Both the position numbers and the translations under genes were made by a program. From Sphyrna mokarran (Eukaryota): DNA of 64,000 nt. Positions 1 to 14,700 of this stretch are shown here, one piece after another. Under the pieces are notes generated by a model. That model did no database searches and was not told where the DNA came from. It was given only the letters and a program-made list of their open reading frames with translations. The stretch spans positions 43,276,001-43,340,000 of the forward strand of contig JAGIQG010000008.1 of the NCBI GenBank assembly GCA_024679065.1, given 5' to 3'. Positions within the stretch are counted from its first letter, which is position 1, and each line of letters begins with the position of its first letter.

Positions 1-2
1 CT

Positions 3-52
3 GTCTTGCCATCTGATGTGACTTAATAAAGTGTCACATCAGATGGCAAGAC
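3..52. repeat. Perfect 20-bp inverted repeat with 10-nt loop
   Basis: GTCTTGCCATCTGATGTGAC (3-22) / GTCACATCAGATGGCAAGAC (33-52). Confidence 0.95.
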
Positions 53-2565
53 CATGTTTCAGAGATATTGAAATATAAATTTGTGGAGGGGATTATACAC
101 AGGAAATAAGGGTGTAATTATGAAGATCCACCCAAGCCTAATTCAGGAGTAATAATAGACCAGGAGGAAATGCTCAGTTTCATTATTATGAAAGCAGAGA
201 AATGACAAATCAGATCAAAGTTGACTGGAGAAAGAAAGGTAAAGAGAACAAATTTTATATGTCCAGTTTTTTCAAACATCAGAATTGCAGTAAAGATTGC
301 AAGGGCCAATGATCCAGCTTTTATCTGGGTAAATCTGTGCAGATTCAATGGGCTGAATGGCCTCCTTCTGCACTGTGGGGGTTCTATGATTCTATGAAAT
401 CAACAGTTTGAAGGAACAACAACAAAAAGCAAACTACTGCAGAAACTAAAATGTGGAATAAAAACAAAATGTTAGAAACAGTTACTTAGATGGCACCTAT
501 GGAGAGAGGCTGGCAGAGTTACTGGATAGAATTTTCTTGTGGACTTTGCTGTCCCAACATTAGGACCAAATAGGGGTCTTTAGCTCACTCTTTATATAAG
601 TCATTTCAACTCAAGTGACATTCCTGGAGGCAGCTTCCAAATAATCCACTTTTCCACTTGCTTTCCTACTAAGAACAATGGGGGAAATTTAGATGCTGCG
701 TCCTACTCACTGGCATGGCAACTCTGGAATGTGGCAGTCCCATCAAGAGAGATGGGCACTTCTGAGGTAAATTGAAGATCTCGATGGCACCTCACATTGG
801 AGGCTTACTTAGAGCCGATAAATGTATTTAATATATCAGTGGATGAAAGGTGGTTGGTCACTCAGGTAAAAGGAAAAGTCCATTCAACCGATTCATTGCA
901 GTCATTGGAGCTGCTTTTAGTCCCTACGGCCTCTTTTTTAGGGATGACTCCAATGGCCCCTCAACTACTTAAGGGAGGCCACCTCCATTGCACTCTTGGC
1001 CTATCTCTTGTTTGTGGAGTCTCCACAGCTGGCAAATGCCAATGAGTACTCAAGATGATTCCTAATTTGGGCCTTGACTGTCTAAATTGGCAGCTGGCAT
1101 TAGTGGGCAGGCAGCTGATCCCATTTAAAGGTGTGCACTAACAGAATCACTGGAGCTGTGGAGTTATAGAGCAATGGTTTAGAGACAGGAAGTGCTGTCA
1201 CAAGGAGTAAAATAGGATGAATTGTGCTTGGGAAGAGTGTGTCAGCATCTCTTAAGGGAGTAGCAATGAAGGAGATTCCTAATAGTACTAATGGTAAGGT
1301 AGGCTGGCAAATGTGGGGGAAAGGAAGTAGAATGTCTGCTGCTTGAACTGAAAGTTGGCAGAAATATGGAAGTGTGAACTACTGGGGAAAGAAATGTCAG
1401 GTTAAAATCACTGTAAGAATGCAGACCCTGATCTCCGGCACCTCCCCCATAGAATCCTCTGGACATAACCCCATCTGTAGAACATCCCACTACCACACCC
1501 ATTCCCCTCCCTTTCTGGGCATTGTACTTTCCTGTGTGCTTCCAGCAGGTTCTGCTTGCCAGTGCACGTCATGGGGGACCTGTTGTGATTCATGTCATTA
1601 TAACTTCATACTGACGTGAGTGGATAATTTACTGTAGGGGGACTATCAAGCTTATATTCCTGATATGCACATTTAAAGGCATGTAAATCGGGATCCTGAC
1701 TTTTGAAGTTGGTTGAGATTCTCATTACGTCATTGGTAGGGAGCGGAACAATTGATTCGTGAAATCCCACCAGTGTGGAACATGTTTTGGGACTCCTGCT
1801 CCAGCCTCTGTCCCCTTTGCTGTTCCTGTCCACCTCCCCCATCTGCCTCCCAGATGGCGGGAGCAGAAAATTCCTCCCAGTCTTTACAGCCTGAACCAGA
1901 GTGTCCGTTTGAACAAAGGTGTGGTTGAAAGGCGACACTAATTATTGAGTTAATTTATGAAGCAATTATTTGCTTAGTCAACTGAAACCTCAAGTGTCAC
2001 TTCATTTATATTAATTAAACATCAAATTACTTAAAACTACTTAGAATGCATTATTTGTACATTAAAAATCAAAGCTTTCTTGGAGAACATGCAGCAGATT
2101 CCAATACAAATGCAATGGAAATGCATTTCAGATACACGCCCATAATTCTAAATTTGCTGCCTATAGTTCTCACTGAAATGCTTCAGTAGGTGAAAGGACA
2201 ATAATTCAAATCACCTATTTACCAGTGGACATTTTTCTAGAAAAGGAATTTAATAAAACATTTCTTTTTAACAATGAATTATTTGTTGTTTTCAAGCGAT
2301 TGAAGCTTTAAAAATAAAAATAGAAGGAATTCATTTCTAAATGCTGATAAAAAGAACCTGTTCTTTTACAACTTAAATAGCACTGTGATCTAATACATTG
2401 CAGTACAATAAGAGAAAACTTTTGAATTGTTATTGTCAGGAATTATTACCAGTGAAGGTGATGGTATTATTAACTAGATTATATCTCTATGGAATGAATA
2501 AGTTAGTTGTATGGAACATGAATGTGTTACATTAATCTGTGCTTTTTTTCTGTTTACTTCGTAAG

Positions 2566-2721
2566 AGCTAAATTCAGGAATCATCACAAAGGCTTTAATG
2601 AGGCCTTTGATAAACTAGATAAGAAGAATGATGGTTGTGTATCAGTAAATGATTTTCAGAGAGTTCTGAAGGATCATAACTACCATCTGGGTGAAGAACA
2701 GCTCAAACAGCTCTTGGTCAG
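2566..2721 (+). CDS. EFCAB6: EFCAB6 exon ([23 protein letters not shown]...KQLLV)
   Basis: Pyrimidine tract + taag acceptor, cag|gtatga donor, 156 nt, phase 2/2, EF-hand motif. Confidence 0.85.
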
Positions 2722-5700
2722 GTATGAACAGACAAAGTATAGTTGAATATCTAGGTACCTTTTCCATTGAGCCATTATCTTAGGAAATACCTATTTGTGA
2801 ATTTTATTAACTTTAACTTAAAAGAATATAAAACCATGTGTGTATTTAAAGCCCACAGGGATTAAAATAAAGTAATCAGAGCAGGGATAGATCATGTAGC
2901 CTGCTCCACCATTCAATATGATCATGGCTGATTTTCCTGAACTCAATTCTCCGCCCACCTCTCATAACCTTCAATTCTCTCAGAGACCAAAAATCTATCT
3001 ATCTCAGCCTTGAATAACACCAGCAATGGGGCTTCCACCCGTTAAGGGTAAAGAATTCCAAAAATTAACAATCCTCTGAGTAAAAGAATTTCTCCTCATC
3101 TCACTGAAATGACCAGCCCTTTATCCTGCGACTGTGGCCCAGCCAGGGAAACAGCCTTTTAGTATCTATCCTGTCAAATCTCATCAAAATGTTGTACGTC
3201 AGTTCTTATTCTTTCACAAGTCCAGAGCATATAAGCAAAATTTATTCAACACCTCATCTTTGGACAACCTTTTAGGAAGCCAGTCATTTTTTGAAGACCT
3301 AGAATGGGTGATTAGAGATGTCTACCTGATATCCTGCCACTGCCATGCCATTTTGCCAGTGGCATGAAAGATGGCAGGTCATCTGGAGACTAATTGCTCC
3401 ACTTAAATAACCAACTATTTCCTGCCTTTGTGGACATTTTACCCATGTCAGAAGAGCTCACTGCTATGTAAGGACACTGACACATGAATTTTTTTCTAAG
3501 TTCGCAGCAGGTCTCAGTTTGCCCTGCTGGTGGCAATAGCCCTCAATCAATCATCAGGGTTTGCCTGCCTGTATCCCTCAACCCCACTTAACTTTCTTCA
3601 AACAAATCCAACCATTTAAGTACCGTCTCCCTACAGCTTTGACCTCAATATGACCAATGATAGTGTGTTTGTGCTGCTGCGATGCTGATTCTCTGATTGG
3701 GCTGAAGCTCTTGGGGCTAGGCCTCCTTTTTTAATTGGACAGTGACCCCAGCAGCAACTTGATTTAATTGATTGCTGCCAATAAAATGCCGTTCAGCAAA
3801 GCATGATTTCACTGCTTATCAAAGACAGGAGCAATTCTTCTAACCTGTATTTCTCGAGTGCAGTTGTGCTGAAGAGGAACTAACATTTCTTTATATTTGC
3901 TTTTGCTTTTCCCTCCTCACTCCAGTTTAGCAATCCCAATGCACAATTGCAAATTTTCTTATTCCAATTTCTTGAGAGCCATTGAGGATATTGAGGATAA
4001 GCCATTGAAGCGTGGCTCAAAGCTTACATTTATTCCACCAGAAAACTTTCAAATACCATCTCCGGAGAAAATGCTTGCTAAACTAAAGGGAATTGTCGTC
4101 AAATCTTCAGGTGCATTATTCAAAGTGAGTCATTTTTGAATTCTGGATGGAGAACTTTTCTGTGTCGGTATAATGTAAGCAAGTGTGGTTTAAATTGGCC
4201 AAACATTGTACATTAACATCAACCTCTAACCAAATTTGGTTGCTAAACCAAACTGGTATTTCCTCATAGAGGCCTTTTTTATGGTCTCTCTGAGGAATAA
4301 AATCCTTTTCATTAGTATAAACACATTTCAAATAGGAGTTAATTTTTTGTAATCACCTTTGTTTCATACAGTTCACAGCTATATTTAGGTGCTAGGGAGG
4401 TGTGATCTTACTGGCCGGTCAATTGGCAGGATGAGCCAATAAAATCATGTGAGAGGTGTAAAATCAGGTTCATACTCAGTTTTGCGCCTTTTGCATGATC
4501 TTACTGACCCCGGATTTCCAATGTGGTCAGCCTCACACCGGGAAAGAGTGCTAGGCTGATTTTAATATTTAAATTTGAATTTTAATGTAATTAATTAGTC
4601 CAGGACATAATTGTCTCTGGCCACTTGCCTTAATGGCCTCACTGATGGAGGTCCTCACTGGTGACGATCATGTTTAGTCCCCATCAACGAAGACTTGATG
4701 TGTTGGTCTTGCAGATAGGACCAGAAACCATTGAGGCCCCCTGGGTGGTTGGGAACAAGAGAACTAGTGTACCCTGGGCAGTGCCAGCCTGGCAGTGCTG
4801 GTTTGACTTTGGCCCTGCCAGCCTGTCTCTATCCACTGGGCACTCCGGCATTGCGCATGCACAATAGCAGCCTCTTGTGTGAGCTGCCAATTTTCTAGCA
4901 AGAATAGACTCTGTTCACTCCCTTTACTGGTGGGAATCAAATGATCGTGCATCACGTTTTGCACTGAGTGGTGTAAGATTTCATTTTTGGACTCACAAAA
5001 AAGGTCTAAAACTCTCATGTTTTATCCTCATTCATCACTTAGAATTGTTTTGATAAGATTGTTTTTTAATACTTGGAATACTTTTTAGAAGCTGAGTTGT
5101 GTTGAGATTTACTGAAAACAATACATGTTGAGTGGTCAGTAATAAAGCATCTCAGTGGGATAAATAATGGGCCAATCCAATTTGCAATATGCAACTTTTA
5201 GACAGGAAAAAGCTAAATTACAAGGAGATCCATTATATACCAGAAACAATGGCTTGGATTTTAAATGCCAACAACATTCCAGCAGGAGCCACTAGTTTCA
5301 TTCATTCCCTGCTTGCCCATTGCAAATGAGGTCACAATGATTTAAAGACCAGGTGCCATTAACTTGCCACTGGCTGACTTTTCAACCTCAACAGGCAGCA
5401 AGTAGGTCAAAGGAGCTGTTAATTTGTAGAAGTTATGGCAGCCAGAATTATGGACTGGTGTCTCATTGTAGGTTATGGGAAGAGATTTGGGAGAGAGGAA
5501 TTTGTGGGACCCAGAGAAGTACTCCTGCTCTCCCTGTCCCAACAAAGGCAAGTTAAAACAAGGCATTACTGGCCTTTTCTGTTTCTGATTTTCTTCTGAC
5601 TGGAGTTTACCTGGAGGAAAAGCCAGATTAGGTCTATTCAAATGCCTAATAGCAGCCGCAAAGTAGCTGTCAAAATAACAGTTGAGATATAATCAATTCA

Positions 5701-8700
5701 CCAGTTGAGTTTTTTGCAGCCTATCCTCAGGTTGTTCTTTATTGCCAGTGTAAGACATACTATTGCATGGCCCGATCATGCTATCCTGTTACTGGGACCA
5801 TTACAGCTTTCCTGGGTCATTTGCCATCGCCCATTGGTTGTCCAAAGAAGTACAGCGGGTGGTTGTTATGGTAGGGGCTAACAACCCAGTAATGTAGGGG
5901 TTGAAATTCATCGTGGATAGTGGTGCAAACTGGGTGATATGAGATCAGCCTGTTAATACACAATGCCTGAAATTTAATTCTACCGCCCAAGATAAATTTT
6001 AAACCATATATGTTAAATTTCTATCATGGGAATTTATATAATTCAATGTAATTTGTGAGTTGCCATGATCAAAAAAGCTCCAAGGTTGCCATATATGCTC
6101 AACTACATGGTATTACTTACGATTTATGGCGCAGAAACAGGTCTCTGAGCCCAAACAGTTCATGCCAATGTTTTTGCTCTAATAGACCATCCTCTCATCT
6201 TTTCTCATCTAAATATATCATTGTATTTTCTACTTGCTTTTCCCTGATATACTAGCTTCCTCTTAAACGTATATGTATTATTCACTTCAACCATTCCCTG
6301 TGATAGCAATTTCCACATTCTCACCCTTCTGGATAAAGTAGTCTGTTCTGAAATCCCTGTAGGATTTCTTGGTGATTGTACCTTTATATTGATGCCTTTA
6401 GTTATGCTTTCCTCCCTTCTGAATCTGCTGTATCAAAATCAAAACCTCTACAAGGTTACCCCTCAGTCTTTTTTCTAGAGCACAGATATCAAGTATGTCC
6501 ATCCTTTTCTTATACATTTCTGATATCATCTTTGTAAATCTTCTCTGCATTCTTTCCAGTGTCTCTTTATGATTTTTATACTATTGTAACCAGAACTTTC
6601 CATAACACTCTAATTGTAGTCTTACCAAGGTTCACTACAGATTTAGAACAGCACCCCTACATTTCAATTTTATCCCTTTAGAAATAAAATCTTAACTGGC
6701 CTTGCTAATCTGTGATGTGATGTTTAATTATTGCTGCATTTAGTATATGTGAGATCCCTTATTTCTTCTACCCAGCCAGACTCTCATCTTCCAAGCAGTA
6801 AGTAAATATTCACTTCTTGTTACCTCACATCCATCTGTGTAGAATTTCATTTGCCCATTCTGTAAATTTATTTACATTCTTCTGTAATTTGCTGCAACCG
6901 TCCTCAGTATTGACCATCCCCCACTCCCACCCCATAAACTGGTGTCATCTGCAAATTTAGAAATAGTGTTTTTGATTTCAAAGTCAAAATTGTTAATGTA
7001 AATTATGGACAGCAGTAATCCTTGTGGAACACACTTCCTTCTTCTGGCACTCTGAATAACTACCCTTTACTCCTACCCTTTGTTTTCTGTCTTGAAGTCA
7101 GTTAACAATGCATTCTGCCACTTGTCTCCAACTTCACATTTTCTAATCTTATTCAGTAGCCTGTTGTAGGATATCTTATTGAAGGCCTTTTGAAAATTCA
7201 AATAAATTATATCTGCTGTGTTACCATTGTCTACTCTGTTTGTTACTTCTCAAAATATTCAATAAAGTTGGTCAAGCAATATCTCTTTTTGAAATCCATG
7301 CTAACTATTAATTATTATTCCTTTCATTTCTGGATGTTCTTTTATTTGTTCTTTTAATAGGATTCCATTATTTCTACCTCTATCAATATTAAGCTTACAG
7401 ACCTATATTTCTTGGACATATTCTATCCTCTTTCTAACGAGTGAACTAACTCATTGACATCTGACTGACTTGTCATATCCTGATTTGATTTATTATTGTC
7501 ACATGTATTAGTATATAGTGAAAAGTATTGTTTCTTATGTGCTATACAGACAAAGCATATGTGCGTGAAGGAGAGTATGCAGAATGTAATGTTACAGTAA
7601 TGCTAGGATATAGAGAAAGATCAACTTAATGCAAAGTAGGTCCATTCAAATGTCTGATGGTAGCCCAGAAGAAGCTTTTCTTTAGTCGGTTGGTATGTGA
7701 TCTTAGACTTCTGTATCTTATTTCCAATAGAAGAAGGTGAAGGAGAGAATGTCCATGATGTATGGGTCCTTGATTATGCTGGCTGCTTTCATGAGGCAAC
7801 AGGAAATGTAGAGAGACTCAATGGATGGGAGGCTGGTTTGAGTGATGGACTGGACTTCATTCACAACCCTTTGTTGTTTCTTGCGATCTTAGACAGAGCA
7901 GGAGTCATACCAAGCTGTGATATAACTGGAAAGAATGTTTTCTATGGTGTAGAAACTGGTAAGAGTTGAATATAGAGGCATTGGTGGGCTTTCTTAACTA
8001 TAATGTCAACATGAAGGGACAAGGACAGGTTGTTGGTGATCTGGACACCTAAAAGCTTGAAGCTCTCGATCTTTTCTACTTTGTCCCCATTGACGTGTAC
8101 CAGGACATACTCTCCGTTATGCTTCCTGAAGTCAATGACAATCTCCTTCATTTTGTTGACATTGAAGGAGAGATTATTGTTGTCATACCAGTTTATCAGA
8201 TTTTCCATCTCTTTTTTCCTTTCTCATCACTGTTTGAGGTCTGACCCACAACAGTGGTGTCAACAGCAAATTTGAAAATCGAGTTGGAGGGGAATTTGGC
8301 CACACAGTCATAGGTGTATAAGAAATATAGTAAGGGGCTGAGACCACAGCCTTGCAGAGTACTGGTGTTGAGATGATTGTGGAAGAGATATTATTCCCTA
8401 TCCTTTCTGACTGTGGTCTCTGGCTTAGGAAATCTAGGATCCAGTGCAGAGGGAGGAGCCAAGCCCCAGGCCACAAAGTTTGAAGATGAATCTTGTAGGA
8501 ACAATGGTGTTAAAGACTGAGTTATAGTCTGTGAATAGGAGTCTGACATAGATGTCTTTGTTATCTACATCTATAGATATATAGATATCTATAGATATCT
8601 ATACTATAGATATATAGTATATCTATAGNNNNNNNNNNNNNNNNNNNNNNNNNNNNNNNNNNNNNNNNNNNNNNNNNNNNNNNNNNNNNNNNNNNNNNNN

Positions 8701-11700
8701 NNNNNNNNNNNNNNNNNNNNNNNNNNNNNNNNNNNNNNNNNNNNNNNNNNNNNNNNNNNNNNNNNNNNNNNNNNNNNNNNNNNNNNNNNNNNNNNNNNNN
8801 NNNNNNNNNGGGCCAAGCAGATGGCATCTGCTGTGGATCTGTTGCTGTGGTAGAAGAACTGTAATGGATCCAGGCAGACTGGGAGGCAGGAATTGATTTG
8901 TGCCATGACTATCCTTTCAAATGATTTCATAATGATGGATGTCAAAGCTACTGGATGATGGCCACTAAGACATGCTGCTTGGCTTTTCTTTGGCACCAGG
9001 ATGATAGTCATCTTCTTGAAGCAGGTAGGGACCTCAGATTTATGTAAAGCGAGGTGGAAAATGTCTGCAGATTCCCCTGCCACCTGGTCATGCAGGATTT
9101 GAACGCTTTTCCGGGGTAGTTGCTTTCCATGGCTTGACTTTGAAGAAGGCTGCTGTTACGTCAGCAATGGTAGTCTCAAATACAGGTTCATCTGAGGCTT
9201 CCAGGGTGGAGGTTGTGCTCTCATTGACCTCTTGCTTAAAATGGCCATAGAATGTATTGATCTCATTGGGGAGGGGTGCATTGGAGCCGCTGATTTTATC
9301 TGCCTTCATCTTAAACCCTGTTATGTCTTGTGGACCTTGTCATAGTGAGCTGGAGTCCGTGTGGTTAGCCTGGGACTCTAGCTTGGTCCGGTACACATAC
9401 CAGAAAGCTGTGCAGACCAGGTCATTGAGTGTCTTTAAGACAGACAGATAGGTTCATGATTAATAAAGGGATCCAGAGTTATGGAGAAAAGACAGGAGAA
9501 TGGGGATGAGAAACGTATCAGCCACGATTGAATGGCGGAGCAGACTCGATGGGCCGAATGGCCTAATTTTGCTCCTATGTCTTATGGTCTTATGGTCATA
9601 TGATTGTCTGGTTTACTCTTAGGGCTGCTTGCAGTGGACAGTGCATATTGTTGTCCTTGTCCCAATAAGAAATAATTAAAAACTACCTGCACCCTCCAAG
9701 GATATTTTAGAGCATGTCAATATATTAACAAAGATGATGGGCCATATTTAATGGAGGTGACGAGAGACAGCAAGAGCCCTATACTATCTCTTGGAGAGAA
9801 GGTCCACCTAATTAAGTGCCTATCAGGAATAGCAGTTGGACTTCCCCAGAATCAAGGACCTCAGCGATGGAAATCCTGCCCACCAAACTTTTATGGCAAG
9901 CCAAAGGCCAACAACTCCAATGAACAGCAGCCGAGAAACAGTGACTGCTGCCAGTATGACATCTACTAAGTCCCAGGATCATCGTTGCATTCCAGGCCAG
10001 CATTAATTGTCCATTTAAGGGTGTCAGTTGGTGGCAAGGTGGGAAAACCATCCACAGTTTTCCCACCTCAAGCTTAGTTGGAATGGAGATGAGAAGGCAA
10101 CATAGTCTCCATCTGTCATTCTCCAGCTTGATTTAATGCACCCCCCCCCCCATCTTTAAACTTGCCATTTGGAAATGCATTAACTTCTGCCCGACTGTCC
10201 AAGAGCTGTTGTCGGGATCTTGGTCAACATCAGTACTTCTCTCTCTCAAATTATGACCAAGTTGCTTAGTAATGACAAAGAGAGAGATGTATTCTCATTG
10301 CTGTGTTTTCTCTTCAGTATTTATCTCAACATCTGATAAGTTGCACAATGAAGCTAATTGCAACAAAAAAATTATCCTAATGCCCAAATTTGAGTTTGAG
10401 ATAAGTGAAAGGGATAAATACAGTAGAATTCCACCATTTATGGAGGTTATGTTCACGTGCATTCTCTCAAAGAATAGAATTGCAAATGGTGAAGGTATTT
10501 AATAATGGGCACCAATTAGATAATTTTGAGATGCCAAACCCTATGTTTTGAGTAAATTCAAAATGATTTTACTGGAGAAATTGTCTAACAATCCAAGAAA
10601 ACGAGAAGAAATTTTCACTGAGAGGCAATAAAAACTATGAGTATACAGTAAAATTTTGTCAGCACAAACTATTGAACAGTAGTTAAGAATGGAGGTAGAG
10701 GGAATGGGTGAAATGACTGATGTAGATATTGGATGAAATGAACAATGTTATGCTTTCAATATTGTAAAGTTCTCAGTAAAGAGTAAAACATTGTCAGTCG
10801 GTCTATTAAAGGCAATGTTTCTTTCCATGTTTGTATCATGATGTGTCGCCAGTTTTCTTCAGCTGATCTTATGAGATCTGCCATTGTCTAGTTGTAAAAT
10901 GTTTCTTTTAGGATTTTCTTCCTGCTCCTGTTTACTTTCCTTTAATTTAACCAGTTTGGTCAGTTCTTCTATCTCTTGCTGAGATTGACCCCATTTCTTC
11001 ATCTTATGTACTTCATCTGTGGTTAGGTCTTCAAATCCATCCTCTCCAACTTGTTTTGGCAAGCCAATAATCCTGGCCACTTCAGCACCTTCATTGGGAA
11101 TCTGTGAAATCATAGAACATAGAACATTACAGCACAGAACAGGCCCTTCGGCCTTCGATGTTGCGCCGACCAATATAAAAAGCAATGCCCTCCAAACTAA
11201 ACCATTCCCTTCTCTTCCATATACTTATCAACTAACCTCTTAAACGCCACCAAACTTGGCGCATCTACAACTGCTGCAGGCAGGGCATTCCACTCCCGAA
11301 CCACCCTTTGGGTAAAGAACCTACCTCTGATATCCGTCCTATAACTATCACCCCTTAATTTAAAGCTGTGTCCCCTCGTGCTAGCTTTTTCCATCCTAGG
11401 AAAAAGGCTATCACTATCCACCCTATCTATACCTCTAATCATCTTATATGTTTCGATTAGGTATTCACAGCTTCAGGCCAAACCTTTTTCCAGCACCCAT
11501 TTATCATTGAAGTTCTAACTCCCATGAGTTCTTAATTATGCCTATTGCTATGAGGACGTTGAACTCTTTCCAGTAATCATACATAGTGGTTGAAAGGTTT
11601 GCTTCCTTGCTTTCATAAGATGAAGGATGTGGCTGAAATTTTGGGTATGGTAAGTCTTGAATAAGGCAGTGATCCTTGGTCTAATTGCTGGCTAAATGAG

Positions 11701-14700
11701 ATATATTGGGGGTAAAAACAGCATTTGGATGGTTCTCTGCAAGAGTGTATGGATGTCCACATGCATTATTGAGGATTAGTAGGACCTTAAAAGACAGTTC
11801 TGACTTCTGTTGGAACACAATTTTCAGACTAGTCTTCAAATATTCGTGTTAAAACCAGGCTTTACTGTTAGCCTTGCAAGAGATTGGCAGATGAGATTTA
11901 TTTTTCCCTTTAAAACTTGAGGATTTTCATACTTATAAACCTCACTGGTTCACATTTAAAACTAGCCTTGGCACTTAATATACATTCACCTGACCTTTGC
12001 TGCATTAAAACCTGGAGTATGTAGGTTCCAATGGTATTTTCTTTCAGAATAGGCCAGTCTCGCCTGCATTAAAGACTTCACTAACTTCAGCCCAAATGCT
12101 TTTAAAAGAATCAAATCATCTTGTAGTGCTTGAGAAGATAAAGAGGCACCTTCCATACCACCTTCACCATCATTATTGATACCAGTGACAACAGCACTAC
12201 CCTCCTTAATACATTTTTGTGCTGATACAAGTCAAGTGTCTTATTTCTAATAATCAGACCATTAACTGGAGTCTTCCCTTGATACTGGCGCTTTATCCAC
12301 ACATTTAGTAACTTCTCTGTTTCCTATAAGTGTGAATCCCTCTAACATACAAAAATTAACCGGGCAGTATGACTACTAGCAACACTAATGACCCTTATTT
12401 TTTCTTCAGACTGTTTAATGTACCTGACAATGGATTCATTCACAAATTATTCCCTGGTCAATATGGTATATTTGCACTTTTTTTTTAATCTATCAAAGAG
12501 TGGGAATGTTTGTGCAAGTTTCATTACTTTCCTGAGACATTTTCTGCTTGGCTGTGACTCACATTTTTAGTGGAGTGTTGCAGTGTACCCATAATGCAAA
12601 ATACTGATTGGATGTTATTGTATCCTGCAAATCATTGCAAACTGCATTCCATTTGAGATGGCACATGTACAGTGCACATTTTCCATGTAGGAAATGCACC
12701 ATGGAAACCTTGTTTTTTATGGCTTCTAGAAGTTGGCTTTTCTTTATTTCAGGACCAATATATATTCAGGTAAAAACTTCTAATGTGTCTAATGAAATTG
12801 CAGATGGGCAAAGATTTGAGACCTTGATGGGCAATTTTGTTTTGCGTAGGTAATCAAATTGGTAAGAAGTCATCACAGATAGCAAAAGTTTATTGTATGC
12901 CTAAAAGATATTATATTTGCAGCTCCCACAAGCTGTGGTCCATGAGACAACTATCTGTTGTTAGTAGGACCCTCAGCCATATTAACAAAAAAGGAACAAA
13001 GTGAAGTCTGTACCATTACAAGAATTCTGTTGAAAATTCAGTAAAGAAAACAAACTTGTTAAAAACTCTTTTTTAAAAATCTTGTAGCCATACCACCTCC
13101 AATCCAACCGTTGTACAGTCCATTATCTGATTTTTAAATCAGTTCAACTCTTTAACTAGCAGCTATATGAGGTGCATGAGATGAACCGTGGGTCTTTTGT
13201 TTTATTATTTCTCTTTATTATAGTTATTACTTTCACAATACTTGTATTTCCCATGTAGAGGTGGTTACTTTGATTATTCCCGCCTTTTCTTCGTCCTCTG
13301 TAGAACATACGTAATTTCTCTACCACTGACTTCTCAAGCACCCAGATTGTTGAAGTTGGGATAAGTGGGAAATTCTGGCTGTATATCCATACCAGTCCTT
13401 CCTAATCTATGTGCAGAATGTTCATACACTAATGCATCTTTCTGTGCTTTAAGAATTCACAATTTTTAACAGCTTGAATAATAGAACTACAGAAGCATGC
13501 AGGACAAAATGAAGCCAATCTGCCCATCATATCTGTGCTTTAAAAGTTAAAAACTAATTTAACTGATCTGTTATATCACCATACCTGTATATTAGTCTGC
13601 TTCAAAATTGAACCAGATTGCGCATTGAGTCATCAAAGGTAATTGGAAGTTTTTTTTTTGTAATGAGCATGGATATGAAACATTGTTCCTTGACCTTTTT
13701 TTCATTATTTTTCCTCAGGCCTTCAAATCATTTGATAAATATGGAAATGGGAAGATCAATTCATTAGCATTCCGCCAGGTGCTTCATAATGTATGCTTCA
13801 AACTGACAGACAGGGAGTTCAATTATCTCCTCAGCAAATTGAAATTAGACTCAGACTATATGGTAGACTGGCTTGACTTCCTTCAGAGCTTCAATATTCA
13901 CAATTACAAGGTCAGCAAAATTCACATCCTAGTGTTTGTTTCCCAACTACTCATTTCTCTACTTTCAACATTTTTTTCCAACAAGCACATATAACCTCCT
14001 CACATTGCGCATCTACAAATCATTTTTGAGAAATATTTAATCAGCAATTTTTATAAAGCTTTAGAATAAAATGCCAAGCTATTGAGTATTTCATAATTGC
14101 AGTCATGTAACTTATTTGTTTTAGTGCTGACATATTAATTAGGATTTTAGAAACAGATTTATAATTTAAAATTCACTTCAAGTTCATGTTGTGTTTTACT
14201 ATTACAACAGTTTCTACTGTTTCATCCTGTAATGTGTTGCTTATACAATGAATTTTGAATTCTGAGAATGGAAGAAGTTCATTATATTTATAATGGAGTG
14301 TGAATCAACAACCATAGCTTAAAATTGGAGTTTAACAATACTGGTTTAGCAAGTGATAATTAACTTGCTGTTTGATTTACAGCTTTATGTCCTGGCTACT
14401 CTGGAAAGCTCTCTTGAGGAGGCTCCATTTGGTGGTTGCCCATGATATCAGAAGTTAATAGCTGCCGTTAAGATTATTAGAGCCAGGTTTCCTACATCCT
14501 GGTCTTTATTCTCCATTTATGTCAAACATTTCCACATTGATTTGATTTATTATTATCACATGTATTAACATACAGTGAAAAGTATTGTTTTTTGTGCATA
14601 TAGAAGAAGTTCATTAGATTTATAATGGGGTATGGATCAACAACCACAGGTTAAAATTGGAGTTTAACAACACTGGTTTAGCAAGTGGTAATTAACTTGC

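Larger units (their letters stand above)
7481..9392 (-). mobile_element. Rex1/Babar-type LINE, degenerate RT, interrupted by a microsatellite and an assembly gap
   Basis: ORFs [16 protein letters not shown]...[14 protein letters not shown]...RSTADAI; [11 protein letters not shown]; [14 protein letters not shown]. Confidence 0.85.

Noticed and set aside
118-2000. Cluster of short ORFs at the window start
   Set aside because: No recognisable domains or convincing splice-bounded EF-hand exon; consistent with intronic noise and repeat debris.
8561-9083. ORFs running through X residues
   Set aside because: Artefact of the N gap within a Rex1-type LINE.
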